In this document: one piece after another, positions 51,801-64,000 of the stretch | Layout: every line of letters starts with the position of its first letter | Position numbering within the stretch: position 1 is the stretch's first letter | DNA from: Anthoceros angustus | Taxonomy: Eukaryota; Plantae; Anthocerotophyta | DNA: 64,000 bases | Direction: 5' to 3' | NCBI GenBank assembly: GCA_010909165.1 | Contig: VJWM01000209.1 | Location: forward strand, 124,001 to 188,000 | Translations under genes and position numbers: made by a program | The notes under the pieces: model-generated | Databases searched by the model: none | What the model was told of the DNA's origin: nothing | Seen by the model: only the letters and a program-made list of their open reading frames with translations

Positions 51801-54360
51801 GTCGACAAGATCGCGAACGGGAAGGCCAACTCAGACAGCATACACAATCGCGAACCCCCACCGTAACTGGAGTATTGTGATGGAATCCAAAGATTAGTAT
51901 GAGGCCCAATGGAGGAAACACGAGGAATACATCTCATAAACACCGTGTACCGCATGCACAATGTCATTTGCCACCGAATTTACATTCTTTAATGACTAAG
52001 TGATGCGCATCATTTCCTCGCTTGTCATAAACCGTCCTGCTTTTGTAGTAGTGGTGTGACATTGCAAAAGAACCCCGCCCCATGGTTAGGGACTTCTGGG
52101 TTTTGGAACGTTGACACGAGACGACTGTGCATGCCCGGATCACAAAATGTGCCCATACACATTTCGACATCTACAACAAGTATTTGCACACCGCGACGCC
52201 ATGCCCAAAAGCGGAGGCTTGATGATTTGTACGCCTATTCGTGCTAGGGACACTTCGCCTTCGAATCGATGTAATCGGAACACCGACAATTGGAATCCCT
52301 CACATTTAAGAACAGCCAATATCGGGTCCTCATATTGCCTTTGCCCAAAAGCGACCCGGTCGACACGTCAAATCGCAAGGGACACCCACAAGGTCGCCAG
52401 CCTCCAACAAAGGTTGGAGATACACATCCATATTCTTGACCTGCTTCCCGGATGATTAAAGGCATAAGAATCACCGCTTTTGTCGTGAGCCAAGGAGGAA
52501 AATTGTGGATGAAAATGAGAACAGCCGATGGAGTACGAGGAAGAACGATGGCTTGGATTGAAGCCGTCAGAGATACCGAGAGCGAAGATTTCGGCCTGCA
52601 TCAAGGCACTTACACTATCCAAGGCCTGCCAGGCGGGTGTGTTGGCCATTATCCGCACTTGACCATCGGTGCTCCTATGGTCCTTCCACCATATCAGTTC
52701 ACGTGCTGTTGAAGAGCACGCATACATTCGGCGGAGGCGATCCGCCAGTGGGAAATAAAACATTGTCTTCCGCGAAATAGGTTGCCCAGTGGCATCCTCG
52801 CGATATCTGGGCTCGCCGCAAACGTGGCAAGAGGTCTCTAATGCCCTCGTGCCCCAAAACAAGGAACAGTCTCCAACACAGGCATCAATTCGTACGCTAC
52901 ACTGCCCGACGTGTAGCATCATCTTACGGACATCCGACCTTGCCTTCGGCATACTGTTGGTCTTCGGCAACACCGACGAAGAAAGGAGGCTGAAGATTGC
53001 GGACATGGCAGAGTCGGATATCTTATACCGGTCTTGGATGTTAAGGAATGCCAGGGCAGCGGACAGTCGACTATGCATGGATTCCTCTGGCCCGGAGACT
53101 GACCATAAGGGTTTGGCAGCCTCCTCCTCCAAATTGGATTGTCCTCCGGCCGAGCCGCTATGAAGTCTTGCATCAACTGCAAGCGCTCCGCCGAACCCGA
53201 CCCGCCTCCGCCACGGTATGTCCGCAATGGTACTTCATCAACAAACTCCGGCCGCAGACGCACAAGCCCCAACCGGAGGGGCGGAGTGGCCTGACACGAG
53301 CCCCAACCCCGCCTGCCTACCGTGGATGCACATAGGCTGGACACCTCGATCTACTCGATTTACGGCGCTACCGAGACAAGCAAACAATATTGTCCCCCCT
53401 CATTTGCCTACGCCAAGAGCGCCAAGGCGATTGCGCTATCGGGACATCGCCTCACCTCAAGCAGCATGATGAACGGACGTGACGTCACATGGATGGGGTG
53501 TGTTCCTTCGCAACTGTGGCAATTGCGTATGACCCGAGGTATTTGACGGTGTAAGGAGAGGATCCATAGCACCTCACCCGATGCTGCTATGGCGGAGTTG
53601 GCGCGTCCTTGCGAGTAAAAGAGGAGTTCACAGAAGGTGGTGAGAGTCCCCGCCACAACTAAGGTACTGGAGAGACGTTGGGTCCTCCGGGTTGGAGGCA
53701 ACAACGGACGTTGGGAATGGTGTCGGGCCATCCTCTCCCACTAAAGGCACGCCCGCAGCGATCGTAAACATGGTTACCGCTTGGCCTCGACAATGGTCAG
53801 ACACTAACCCCGCTGAGTCGACACCGCGAACGGGAAGGCCAACCTGCAGACACACACAATCGCGAACCCCCACCGAATCGAGTATTGACTGGATGGAATC
53901 CAAAGATTAGTAGGAGGCCCAATGACGAGGAAACACGAGGAATACATCATAAACACCTGATGTACCAGATGCACAATGTCATTTGCCACCTAATTTACAT
54001 TCTTTAATGACGTAAGTGATGCGCATAGCTCGCTATTTCCTCGCTTGGTCATAAACCGGCCCCGCTTTTGTAGTAGTGGTGTGACATTGCAAAAGAACCC
54101 CGTCCATGGTTAGGGACTTCTGGGTTTTGGAACGTTGACACAGACACGTACTGTATGCCCGGATCACAAAATGTGCCCATACACATTTCCTCGACATCTA
54201 CAACAAGTATTTGCACACCGCGACGCCATGCCCAAAAGCGGGAGGCTTGATGATTTGTACGCCTATTCAAAGCTATGGGACACTTCGTCAATCGATGTGT
54301 AATCCGGAACACCGACAATTGGAATCCTCACATTTAAGAATGCCAATATCGGGTCCTCAT
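45850..54360 (-). mobile_element. CACTA/En-Spm transposase (element C1); 5' ~2 kb present in about four tandem copies
   Basis: ORF 52368-53132: NIQDRYKISDSAM..RIDACVGDCSLFWG..SCHVCGEPRY..MFYFPLADRLRRMY..SDGFNP. Further motifs: NFPPW; NMDVYL; CDYHGL; KSH; VHVRWMYPA..RPEGSM (DUF4218); FFGQVEQILDV (DUF4216). Confidence 0.92.
47535..54360. repeat. Tandem array of the transposase 5' segment (units ~1.1-2.0 kb)
   Basis: 48608-~49500 and 50494-~51390 are identical including frameshifts (offset 1886; identical ORFs in the track). Confidence 0.92.
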
Positions 54361-54439
54361 GTGCCCCAAAAGGCATTTAAAGGAATTGGAAGGTAAGCTA
54401 GCTCCATGGAGTGCTATCGAAACCCTATAGCTTCCCGGA

Positions 54440-57060
54440 GATCACGGGTGGCACTCCGATCCACACGTGGCCTCCTTGCCACCTGCGGCGTGAAACAAAG
54501 TGCGAGACATGCTGCTGTGGCGGGCTGTTGTCTAGCGGACCGTGCTGGGAGTAGATAATCACATATCATGTGCCGGATGCGATAAGAGTCGAGCCCAATC
54601 GCCAGGGCAAATGCTCATGTCGGCACCGCCTAATGTCTCTGGACCCCAAGGCGCCGAGAAAAGACAATCGCAACAACGCAAACGCCGGGCCCATATCATG
54701 GCGCCTCCTCCATATTCCATGACGTTGCTTCATCGATACGATAGCGAATAGTCGTGAGTTGCCACATCGGTGAGAACTTTGGAGGTCTTCCTCGAGCGGA
54801 GATGCAATGTCGGTGATTACAGCTTGTCGGCGCTTGGGTGCAGCCTCTCAGAAAAAAACCGCCTCGGCTCCCAAAGGGGAGCCTCCTCCTCCACCATCGG
54901 AAATAATGGAATGAGCGTTGATGCGCGGATATTGCAAACTAAATGCACAAGTGGTCGCAGACGCGACATGGTCAAAGCACGACAACCATACCTACCGAGG
55001 ATCGGCAGACTGTCCATATGGGGGGTGGGGGGTGAAATGACGCACGAGATGCCACCTCATAAGTCTCGTGATATGTACAATTTCTCAGAACACCCCGCAA
55101 GCGAGGCGGAGCGCTCAAAGTGGGGCCCGGCACTAAAGACGCCACCGATGGTTGGGTGACCACGATGCATCTATTCTCCGGTGGAGTAGACATGTCGATG
55201 TGGCTGGCAGCTCGATGCAGCACAAGCATGGAAATTCTCGATAACGCCGCCAAAACAAAGCAGCATACTAAACTGAATTGGTGAATTTAATATGACCAAT
55301 TTTGACCCTCCAAACCTAACAACCCCTCCCCGAATCACGGGTGGCACTCCGATCCACACGTGGCCTCCTGCCACGGCGTGAAACAAAGTGCCGCATGCGG
55401 CGGAGCTGCTGTCACAACGGACCAGCTGAAAGTAGATAATCACATATCATGTGCCGGATGCGACAAGAGTCGAGCTCCAATCACGGCCGGGCAAATGCTC
55501 ATGTCGGCACCGCCTAATGTCTCTGGACCCCAAGGCGCCGAGAAAAGACAATCGCAACAACGCAAACGCCGGGCCCATATCATGGCGCCTCCTCCATATT
55601 CCATGACGTTGCTTCATCGATACGATAGCGAATAGTCGTGAGTTGCCACATCGGTGAGAACTTTGGAGGTCTTCCTCGAGCGGAGATGCAATGTCGGTGA
55701 TTACAGCTTGTCGGCGCTTGGGTGCAGCCTCTCAGAAAAAAACCGCCTCGGCTCCCAAAGGGGAGCCTCCTCCACCATCGGAAATAATGGAATGAGCGTT
55801 GATGCGCGGATATTGCAAACTAAATGCACAAGTGGTCGTGACGCGACATGGTCAAAGCACGACAACCATACCTACCGAGGATCGGCAGACTGTCCATATG
55901 GGGGGTGGGGGGTGAAATGACGCACGAGATGCCACCTCATAAGTCTCGTGATATGTACAATTTCTCAGAACACCCCGCAAGCGAGGCGGAGCGCTCAAAG
56001 TGGGGCCCGGCACTAAAGACGCCACCGATGGTTGGGTGACCACGATGCATCTATTCTCCGGTGGAGTAGACATGTCGATGTGGCTGGCAGCTCGATGCAG
56101 CACAAGCATGGAAATTCTCGATAACGCCGCCAAAACAAAGCAGCATACTAAACTGAATTGGTGAATTTAATATGACCAATTTTGACCTCCAAACCTAACA
56201 ACCCCTCCCCGAATCCACGGGTGGCACTCCGATCCACACGTGGCCTCCTGCCACGGCGTGAAACAAAGTGCCGCATGCGGCGGAGCTGCTGTCACAACGG
56301 ACCAGCTGAAAGTAGATAATCACATATCATGTGCCGGATGCGACAAGAGTCGAGCTCCAATCACGGCCGGGCAAATGCTCATGTCGGCACCGCCTAATGT
56401 CTCTGGACCCCAAGGCGCCGAGAAAAGACAATCGCAACAACGCAAACGCCGGGCCCATATCATGGCGCCTCCTCCATATTCCATGACGTTGCTTCATCAC
56501 CGAGAAGCGGACGGGTCGTCGGGGCGTTGCCACATCCTGGAGAACTTTGGAGGTCTTCCTCGAGCGGAGATGCAATGTCGGTGATTGCAACTGGCGGCCA
56601 TGCGCCTCAAAAAAGGCCGCCTCGGCTCCCAAAGGGGAGCCTCCACCATCGGAAATAATGGAATGAGCGTTGATGCGCGGATATTGCAAACTAAATGCAC
56701 AAGTGGTCAGACGCGACATGGTCAAAGCACGACAACCATACCTACCGAGGATCGGCACTGCCCATATGGGGGGTGGGGGTGAAATGACGCACGAGATGCC
56801 ACCTCATAAGTCTCGTGATATGTACAATTTCTCAGAACAAGGCCTGCAAGTGAGGCAAGTGGAGCGTTCAAAGTGGGGCCCGGCACTAAAGACGCCACCG
56901 ATGGTTCATTGACCACGATGCATCTATTCTCCGGTGGAGTAGACATGTCGATGTGGCTGGCAGCTCGATCCGCACAAGCATGGAAATTTCGATAACGTAC
57001 AAAACAAAGGTATACTTATCAAACCGAATGGTGAATTTAATATGACCAATTTTGACCTCC
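54440..57060 (+). repeat. Three tandem ~880-bp units
   Basis: cacgggtggcactccgatccacacgtggcc starts each unit (~54442, ~55336, ~56216). Confidence 0.92.
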
Positions 57061-57064
57061 AAAC

Positions 57065-59830
57065 CCCAAGGACAAAACCAGTCATCTGCTTGTAATATGC
57101 TTGTACTTCCAAATGTCCAATCAGCGTAGGGATATATGTTTCTCAGCCAACCCTAAGCGATAGATGCATCGCACTTCTGCGCCAGTTGACTTGTTAAACC
57201 CGATTCGAAGTACGATGGAGGCCGAGTTCACCATAGCCCAAGGACACCTACAGTTTTATGATCCCAATGGGTGGTCCTTACACTTTTCTTGTGCCATCAA
57301 TCCCACCTCAAGGACACCGGAAGTAGACGTAAGGTTCAGCTTCCGTAGCCCATGGACGAACGGGCGGGTAGGAGGCTCGAAGCCAGTCTTGGTAGCTTTT
57401 CGAAGCCATAAAGGTGTCGGCCTCCTCGAGATGATGGCACAACGGGTAAAGGAGGCCACGCAATGCGTGAACGCTGGAGGTACAATCTTCTCCGAATCCT
57501 TCATCGCAGATGGCCCAGTCTGGCTGGCAGTCGGGACAACGATGATGGCATCGGTGATGTGCAAGAGTTTTGGGTGTCCGGTTCGACGCGCTTGAGGTTG
57601 CATGGATTGCGCCATGCGGACATTGAACCATCGCGGTGGCGTAGGAGCCGCCAGTGGCAAGTGCAAAGTGGATGCTGGCGGGCCTGTGATCGCTACCGGT
57701 CACCCCAAAATGAGGTGGAGCAAGAGCAAGCGCTTCCGCCGTTCAAGTTGCGTCGCACATTTAAGTAATTAGTATAGTACTAGAGGTGGCGGACCGCCAT
57801 TAAAACAACATGCACGTCATTGCAGGTACCGGTTGGTCGACAAGTGAGGCGTTAGGCAATGCCCATCGACCGCCATAGCCACCCTAGCACACTGTCGCTC
57901 GAAGGCCATATACCCACGAGTGTTTCCGCCATTCGAATTGAGAAGGAAGGGTCGACGTTTCCATGGATTCCTTGGGTTGCGAGGTTGATGAGGATGACCT
58001 CCACATGGCTATGGTGCTCAGCATGGCGGCGGAGAATGAGGTCACTCCTGGCGCAGGCATCAGAGAACCGACAGACGGGGGGGTGCTGGACATCCGGGAG
58101 GAGAGGGAGAAACGGGCAGCTGCCGCCGAGCGGAGGCGCCGGCTAAGCCAGGGCGGCACCGAGGACCACACGTGGTTGACAATTGGATGGGCACAGGGGT
58201 GGGAGCCGGGAGGACAGGCAAAGCGACCCGGTAATGAAGACCATGGTGCTTGCGAGGCGACGATGCAGCTGGATGTGCCTGATGAACCGGATGCGTGCAC
58301 GGAGCTTTGGTGGTCCGGGAGGAAGGGCAACCCCGCCTTTGGTTGGATATGTGCGTTCTCGTGGAAGCGCCGGATGGTTCGCGATGGTGCCGTGTGGCCC
58401 GATGCAAGAGGGCTGGGATTGTGGTCTGACCGAGGTGCCAATGGCTGGCCGACAGGACAAAACCAGTCATCTGCTTGTAATATGCTTGTACTTCCAAATG
58501 TCCAATCAGCGTAGGGATATATGTTTCTCAGCCAACCCTAAGCCCGGAAGATGCACTGATTTACTTCCACTTGTTAAACCCGATTCGAAGTACGATGGAG
58601 GCCGAGTTCACCATAGCCCAAGGACACCTACAGGTTTTATGATCCCAATGGGTGGTCCTTACACTTTTCTTGTGCCATCAATCCCACCTCAAGGACACTG
58701 CGGAAGTAGACGTAAGGTTCAGGCTTCCGTAGCCCATGGACGAACGGGCGGGTAGGAGCCAAATCGAGTGCGGAGTTTTCACGGTGGCGCCGCCTCTCGA
58801 ATGATGGCACAACGGGTAAAGGAGGCCACGCCCGAATGCAGAACGCGAGGTACAATCTTCTCCGAATCCTTCATCGCAGATGGCCCAGTCTGGCGCAGCG
58901 GTGGGACAACGATGATGGCATCGGTGATGTGCAAGAGTTTTGGGTGTCCGGTTCGACGCGCTTGAGGTTGCATGGATTGCGTCATGCGGACATTGAACCA
59001 TCGCGGTGTGGCGCGTAGGAGCCGCCAGTGGCAAGTGCAAAGCGGGGATGCCAGTGGCGGGCGTGCCGATCGCTGGTCACCCCAAAATGAGGTGGAGCAA
59101 GAGCAAGCGTTTCACGGGTTCAAGTTGCTGGCGTGCATTCGCTTGTAATTAGTATAGTACTAGAGGTGGCAGTGGACCGCCAATTAAAACAACATGCACG
59201 TCATTGCAGTGTACCGGTTTGGTCGACAAGTGGCAGAGGCGTTAGGCAATGCCCATCGACCGCCATAGCCACCCTAGCACATACGCTCCAAAGGCCATAC
59301 ACCCACGAGTGTTTCCGTCATTCTGTAATTGACGAAGGAAGGGTCGACGTTTCCATGGATTCCTTGGGTTGCGAGGTTGATGAGGATGACCTCCACATGG
59401 CTATGGTGCTCAGCATGGCAGCGGAGAATGAGGTCACTCCTGGCGCAGCATCGAGAAAGGCTGCAGACGGGGTGCCGGACATCCGGGAGGAGAGGGAGAA
59501 ACGGCAGCCGCCGAGCGGAGGCGCGGCTAAGCGGCACCGAGGACCACACGTGGTTGACAATTGGATGGCACAGGTGGGAGCCGGGAGGACAGGCAAACAA
59601 CCCGAAGACCATGGTGCTTGCGAGGCGACGATGCAGCTCGGATGTGCCTGATGAACCGGATGCGAGCACGGAGCTTTGGTGGTCCGGGAGGAAGGGCAAC
59701 CCCGCCTTTGGTTGGATATGTGCGTTCTCGTGGAAGCGCCGGATGGTTCGCGATGGTGCCGTGTGGCCCGATGCAAGAGGGCTGGGATTGTGGTCTGACC
59801 GAGGTGCCAATGGCCGACAAAGGCGAGCCG
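57065..59830 (+). repeat. Two tandem ~1.39-kb units
   Basis: aggacaaaaccagtcatctgc at ~57069 and ~58454. Confidence 0.9.
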
Positions 59831-62800
59831 CCAACGGGTGGATCGGGAACCGAGCACCGGATGCGGATCGGGACGTGGAAGGACGAGACTAGCCCCCAAC
59901 CGGGGTAGAAAGCGGGAGGAGGGCGACATGCCATGCCGACGCCACCGGGAGAGGGACGGTACTGCCTCTCGTGTCACGTGATGCGGAGCATTCGTGTCGT
60001 GAAGGTGGGGAAGCTGGCTTGTGCGAAGTCACGCCCGAGTTTCCAAAATTTGAAAGCGACGATGACGATTGTCCCTCGTCGAAGAGGCGCCGAGGGCCGA
60101 AAGCGGAGGCGAAGGTATGCCACTCGCATCTCCTCACATTCTCCAATCACCCGTGAAAGGGCCACCATCTTTTCTTGGTGTGATCTTGCATGACGAAGAC
60201 ACCGTGTTTGTCATTGACGGTGAACCAAGGCATCTAGGCGGGAGGCCGGAGGAGTGCCTCGTATGTCTGGCCGGGGGGCGACTAAGGTCACCGTGTTTGG
60301 GAGCTCTGTCCGCTATCGACACATAGAAGGGCGATGTTTGTGAAGAGGGTGGCTTTGATAGGTGGTTGCGCCCGGTAGTGCATCATCCATCACCACGTTC
60401 ATTGGCACTTGCTAACAAGCGCTTGTGTGTGTGCATGCGAGGCGGGTGCCACAATAAGTAACGCCGAGGTGGAGAAGGAACGCGAAGAGGGGAGAACCGC
60501 AACAAAGTGAAAGCCACCGATGAGCACCTACCATGGAAGACGAGGAGGCACTTGTTCCACAGGAAGGCTCATTCGAGGACATGTGGGAGGCGTTTTGGCG
60601 AGGTGGGCATGCTCTCCCGGGACCCAGCCACGGCATGTTGGCCCTCCAAAGACATCCTCCAAACCGTGACATTGGGCGATTTGTTACGGGCAACCATGAA
60701 CCACCACGGGCGGGAGGCATTCTTTGGAAGAGGCAACGAAGGTGTCATTGGAGATTGGGCCCGGTGGAAGGCCCGATGGAGTGACGGATGCCGCGCTTTG
60801 GAGGGTTGAGCATGTGGTTAAAGAAGCGCCCACAAGCGTGTGAAGGAGGCTGCACGCCGGATGACTCTTCCGAAATCTTTGGTCGTCCACCCGAGGGAGT
60901 TGCAATCGTGAGTGGATGACTGTCTGAAGGGGACTTCCCATCTATATCTAGCGAGACTACATCAAGAAGAAGTTCTCGGACATTTCTGGCGACGCAATTA
61001 CTATTATGCAGCCGGGTGAAGGAGGCCGATCGGGGATGCGAGAGAGGGCAACTATCCTAGACGGCCCGGGAGTGTGTGGGAGGCATGGACCAAAGCGGTG
61101 GAGTTCGAGTCCAAGAGCACCGACAGGGGAATGGCCGCCATGCCAAAGATGATGCAAACTGAAAGCTCGTCAAGAAGTCACGCCCGAGTTTCCAAAATTT
61201 GAAAGCGACGATGACGATTGTCCCTCGTCGAAGAGGCGCCGAGGGAAAGCGGAGAGCTGAAGGTATGCCACCGCATCTCCCTCACATTCTCCAATCACCG
61301 CGAGGCGCTCGCTCCATCTTTTCTTGGTGTGATCTTGCATGACGAAGACACCGTGTTTGTCATTGTGAACAAGGCATCTAGGGTGGAGGCCGACACCGAT
61401 GTGTGCCTGTATGTTCGGGCAAGGGGCGACTAAGGTCCCGGAGCCCCCGTCCGCCATCGACACATAGAAGGCGATGTTTGTGAAGAGGGTGGCTTTGATA
61501 GGTGGTTGCGCCGAGTGCATCATCCATCACCACGTTCATTGGCACTTGCTAACAAGCGCTTGTGTGTGTGCATGCGTGAAGCGGGTGCCACAATAAGTAA
61601 CGCCGAGGTGGAGAAGGAACGCGAAGAGGGGAGAACCGCAACAAAGTGAAAGCCACTGAGCACCTACCATGGAAGACGAGGAGGCACTTGTTCCATGTGA
61701 AGGCTCATTCGAGGACATGTGGGAGGCGTTTTGGCGAGGTGGGCATGCTCTCCCGGACTGAGCCAGCATGTTGGCCCTCCAAAGACATCCTCCAAACCGT
61801 GACATTGGGCGATTTGTTACGGGCAACCATGAACCACCACGGCGGAGGCATGGAAGAGGCAACGAAGGTGTCATTGGAGATTGGGCCCGGTGGAAGGCCT
61901 GGCGATGGAGTGACGGATGCCGCTTTGGAGGGTTGAGCATGTGGTTAAAGAAGCGCCCACAAGCGTGTGAAGGAGCCGGTGCGTGATGACTCTTCCGAAA
62001 TGGTCCGCCACCCGAGGGAGTTGCACCTGAGCTGGTGGACGCCTATGAGGGACTTCCCATCTATATCTAACCGAGACTACATCAAGAAGAAGTTCTCGAC
62101 ATTTCTGACGCAGAATTACTATTGTCCGAGCCGGGTGAAGGAGGCCGACGGATGCGAGAGAGGGCAACTATCCTAGACACGCGCCCGGGTGTGGGAGGCA
62201 TGGACCAAAGCGGTGGAGTTCGAGTCCAAGAGCTGCAGTATGGGGAATGGCCCACCGCCAACAAAGATGATGCAACCGATGCTCAAGAAGTACGGGGCGG
62301 GTTGTAATCCTTTTAGGCGGTGGTGCACAGATTTCAACAAGGCATTTCGGAGAAGTGGAAGCGCATCCCGACAAAGGCAGCGAGAGTGGGGTCTCATACG
62401 CGGCATTGAGAACATGGAATCATACATCGACACGGGAGGTTTAGTGCTCGATTACGAACTGGTTTTGCGAGGATGTGTGGAAATGTGAATGTTGCTTCTC
62501 TCATGCATGGAAATCGGGCATGTGGGTTTGAGTGCAAAGGGAGCTGGTGCGGCGCATAGAGGACATGAAGAGGACAATTCTCGGCAACACGCTGGCGGGC
62601 ACGAACCATGGGATGGGGTCCTGCTCACCACTTGGATGATGTGGAGGCCTTGGCAAACGTGGAGATGGTGCCATCAACCCGAGCAACAGAGCAACCGGCG
62701 AGGATGTGTGGAAATGTGAATGTTGCTTCTCATGCATGGAAATCGGGGCATGTGGGTTGAGCAAAGGGAGTCAGCGCGACAGAGGACATGAAGAGGACAA

Positions 62801-63100
62801 TTCTCCCAAGAACACTGGCGGGCACGAACCATGGGATGGGGTCCTGCTCACCACTTCCGGATGATGTGGAGGCCTTGGCAAACGTGGAGATGGTGCCATC
62901 AACCTGTGCAACAGAGCAACCGGCGAGGGATGTGGAGCCGCACCGAATAACTCTCGAAGCGCTACAAGTCCCTGTAATGCTTTGTGTTACCCATTTGCAA
63001 ATGTGTTACCCATTTGCTAACGTGTGGATGTGTGCCACGCAGACTTTGGCGGAGGAGCGTCTAAACCCGCAAAGTAGTCTTATGTCATAGACACACTGTG
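57100..63100 (+). pseudogene. Large accessory gene divergent from the C1 transposase, containing UIM- and VIM-like motifs; fragmented and duplicated
   Basis: ORF 57963-58514: EVDEDDLHMAMVLSMAAE and EEREKRAAAAERRR. Further coding-like fragments run to ~62490 (WEAWTKAVEFE..WCTDFNKAFRR..WGLIRGIENMESY). Confidence 0.4.
60025..62280 (+). repeat. Two tandem ~1.15-kb units, plus a ~230-bp duplication at 62468-62930
   Basis: gaagtcacgcccgagtttccaaaatttg at ~60025 and ~61174. Confidence 0.9.
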
Positions 63101-64000
63101 AAGCGGAAACACAGGTACCGGGTTTGCTATTCGGAGTCCGGGGTGTCTCCTGTTTTGAGGCTTGCAAAGAGCCTGTTGTGGTGTCTGGGTTTTTCAGCTG
63201 CAAGGTGTGCCCCGTTTCATGGTTTGGCAGCGTTTTCGAATGGATGGACTAAGCCTGGAAGGGATGTCTTTTTTCTGCTGACCAGGGAGTCCGGAAGAAG
63301 GGAGGAACAGCACGGAGGATGGAACAGCCGTCAAAGCGGGCGGAGGGGAAGGCGGCGGAGGGGAACGGGCGGAAGCATGCTCCAGATGTCGTCACGACTC
63401 GTTATGTTTTGGGTTAGGTGATTCTCTTGAATTTGGGTCTAAACGGGCATTTATCTCGGACTTATTTTAAGGTGAGATAACCCCATTTAACAATGCACGG
63501 ATCTTGCTTGGCCCGAGTTCCATGGGCCAACAGGACCTAATTAGAAGGTACGCTTTGTTGCTGGCTAAGATAAACCCGTATTAACTCTTGTGGATCGTAC
63601 AACCCTAATTGTAGCGAGGGTGCACGGCTTTATGCCACCGCTTAGGGCTGCATATTTTGAAATTTGAAATTTGAAATTTCCTATTGCAAGCTTGCTTGAT
63701 CCTGGCATTTCATACCGAAAGCGCGGAAATGTCCGCCGTCTTGCCCAATGAAGTGCCTCCACATCCATCGCGCTATTGGCCATGCTCCTAGGTATTTTGA
63801 ACCGTCGTTCGTGCAAAACGCCAATTACACATCACCGTAAACTAATTGGGATAAGGGTTGAACTTGCCCATGATTGGGCAATCCATTGTTGTCTGAATTT
63901 TTGATAGCAATGGACGCTATTGGCTAGGAGGCACCGAACGTAGGTACGCCAACCCACGCCATCGCGCTGACCGGACGGGCGCCAACCATGCATGGACGGA

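Noticed and set aside
58380-58430. PMQEGWDCG as an Ulp1/C48 protease catalytic Cys motif
   Set aside because: No convincing upstream His/Asp motifs in frame; too weak without an HMM search.

Overview
Eukaryotic DNA, probably from a green plant or streptophyte alga (spliceosomal introns, AAACCCTA telo-boxes, plant-type CACTA transposases). It is a nested cluster of mobile elements with no obvious host gene, and it is full of small indels and tandem near-duplications, which points to a poorly polished long-read assembly and/or decay. Background elements: (i) a Ty3/gypsy-type retrotransposon with a DNMT3/DRM-like C5 cytosine methyltransferase in front of RT-RNaseH-integrase-PHD (1-312 + 6251-~9400), and (ii) two divergent CACTA/En-Spm elements with large accessory genes. 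Main result: four related 6-10 kb elements, here named A1 (313-6250), B1 (~9757/11060-17657, inverted), A2 (19545-25403) and B2 (32023-42380). All four share a ~300-bp 'head' and a central CCTTGGCC repeat array. A1, A2 and B2 also share a ~170-bp GC-rich 'tail' (not an inverted copy of the head) and a telo-box promoter core. B1 and B2 encode an intron-containing Crypton/DUF3504-like tyrosine recombinase; A1 and A2 lack it. All carry different cargo genes. Removing A1, A2 or B2 restores the interrupted host-TE coding sequence, with only 3-4 bp of junction microhomology. This looks like a cargo-carrying tyrosine-recombinase DNA transposon system, conceptually like fungal Starships, which I do not recognise as described in green plants. 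All alignments were done by eye; no database searches were run.
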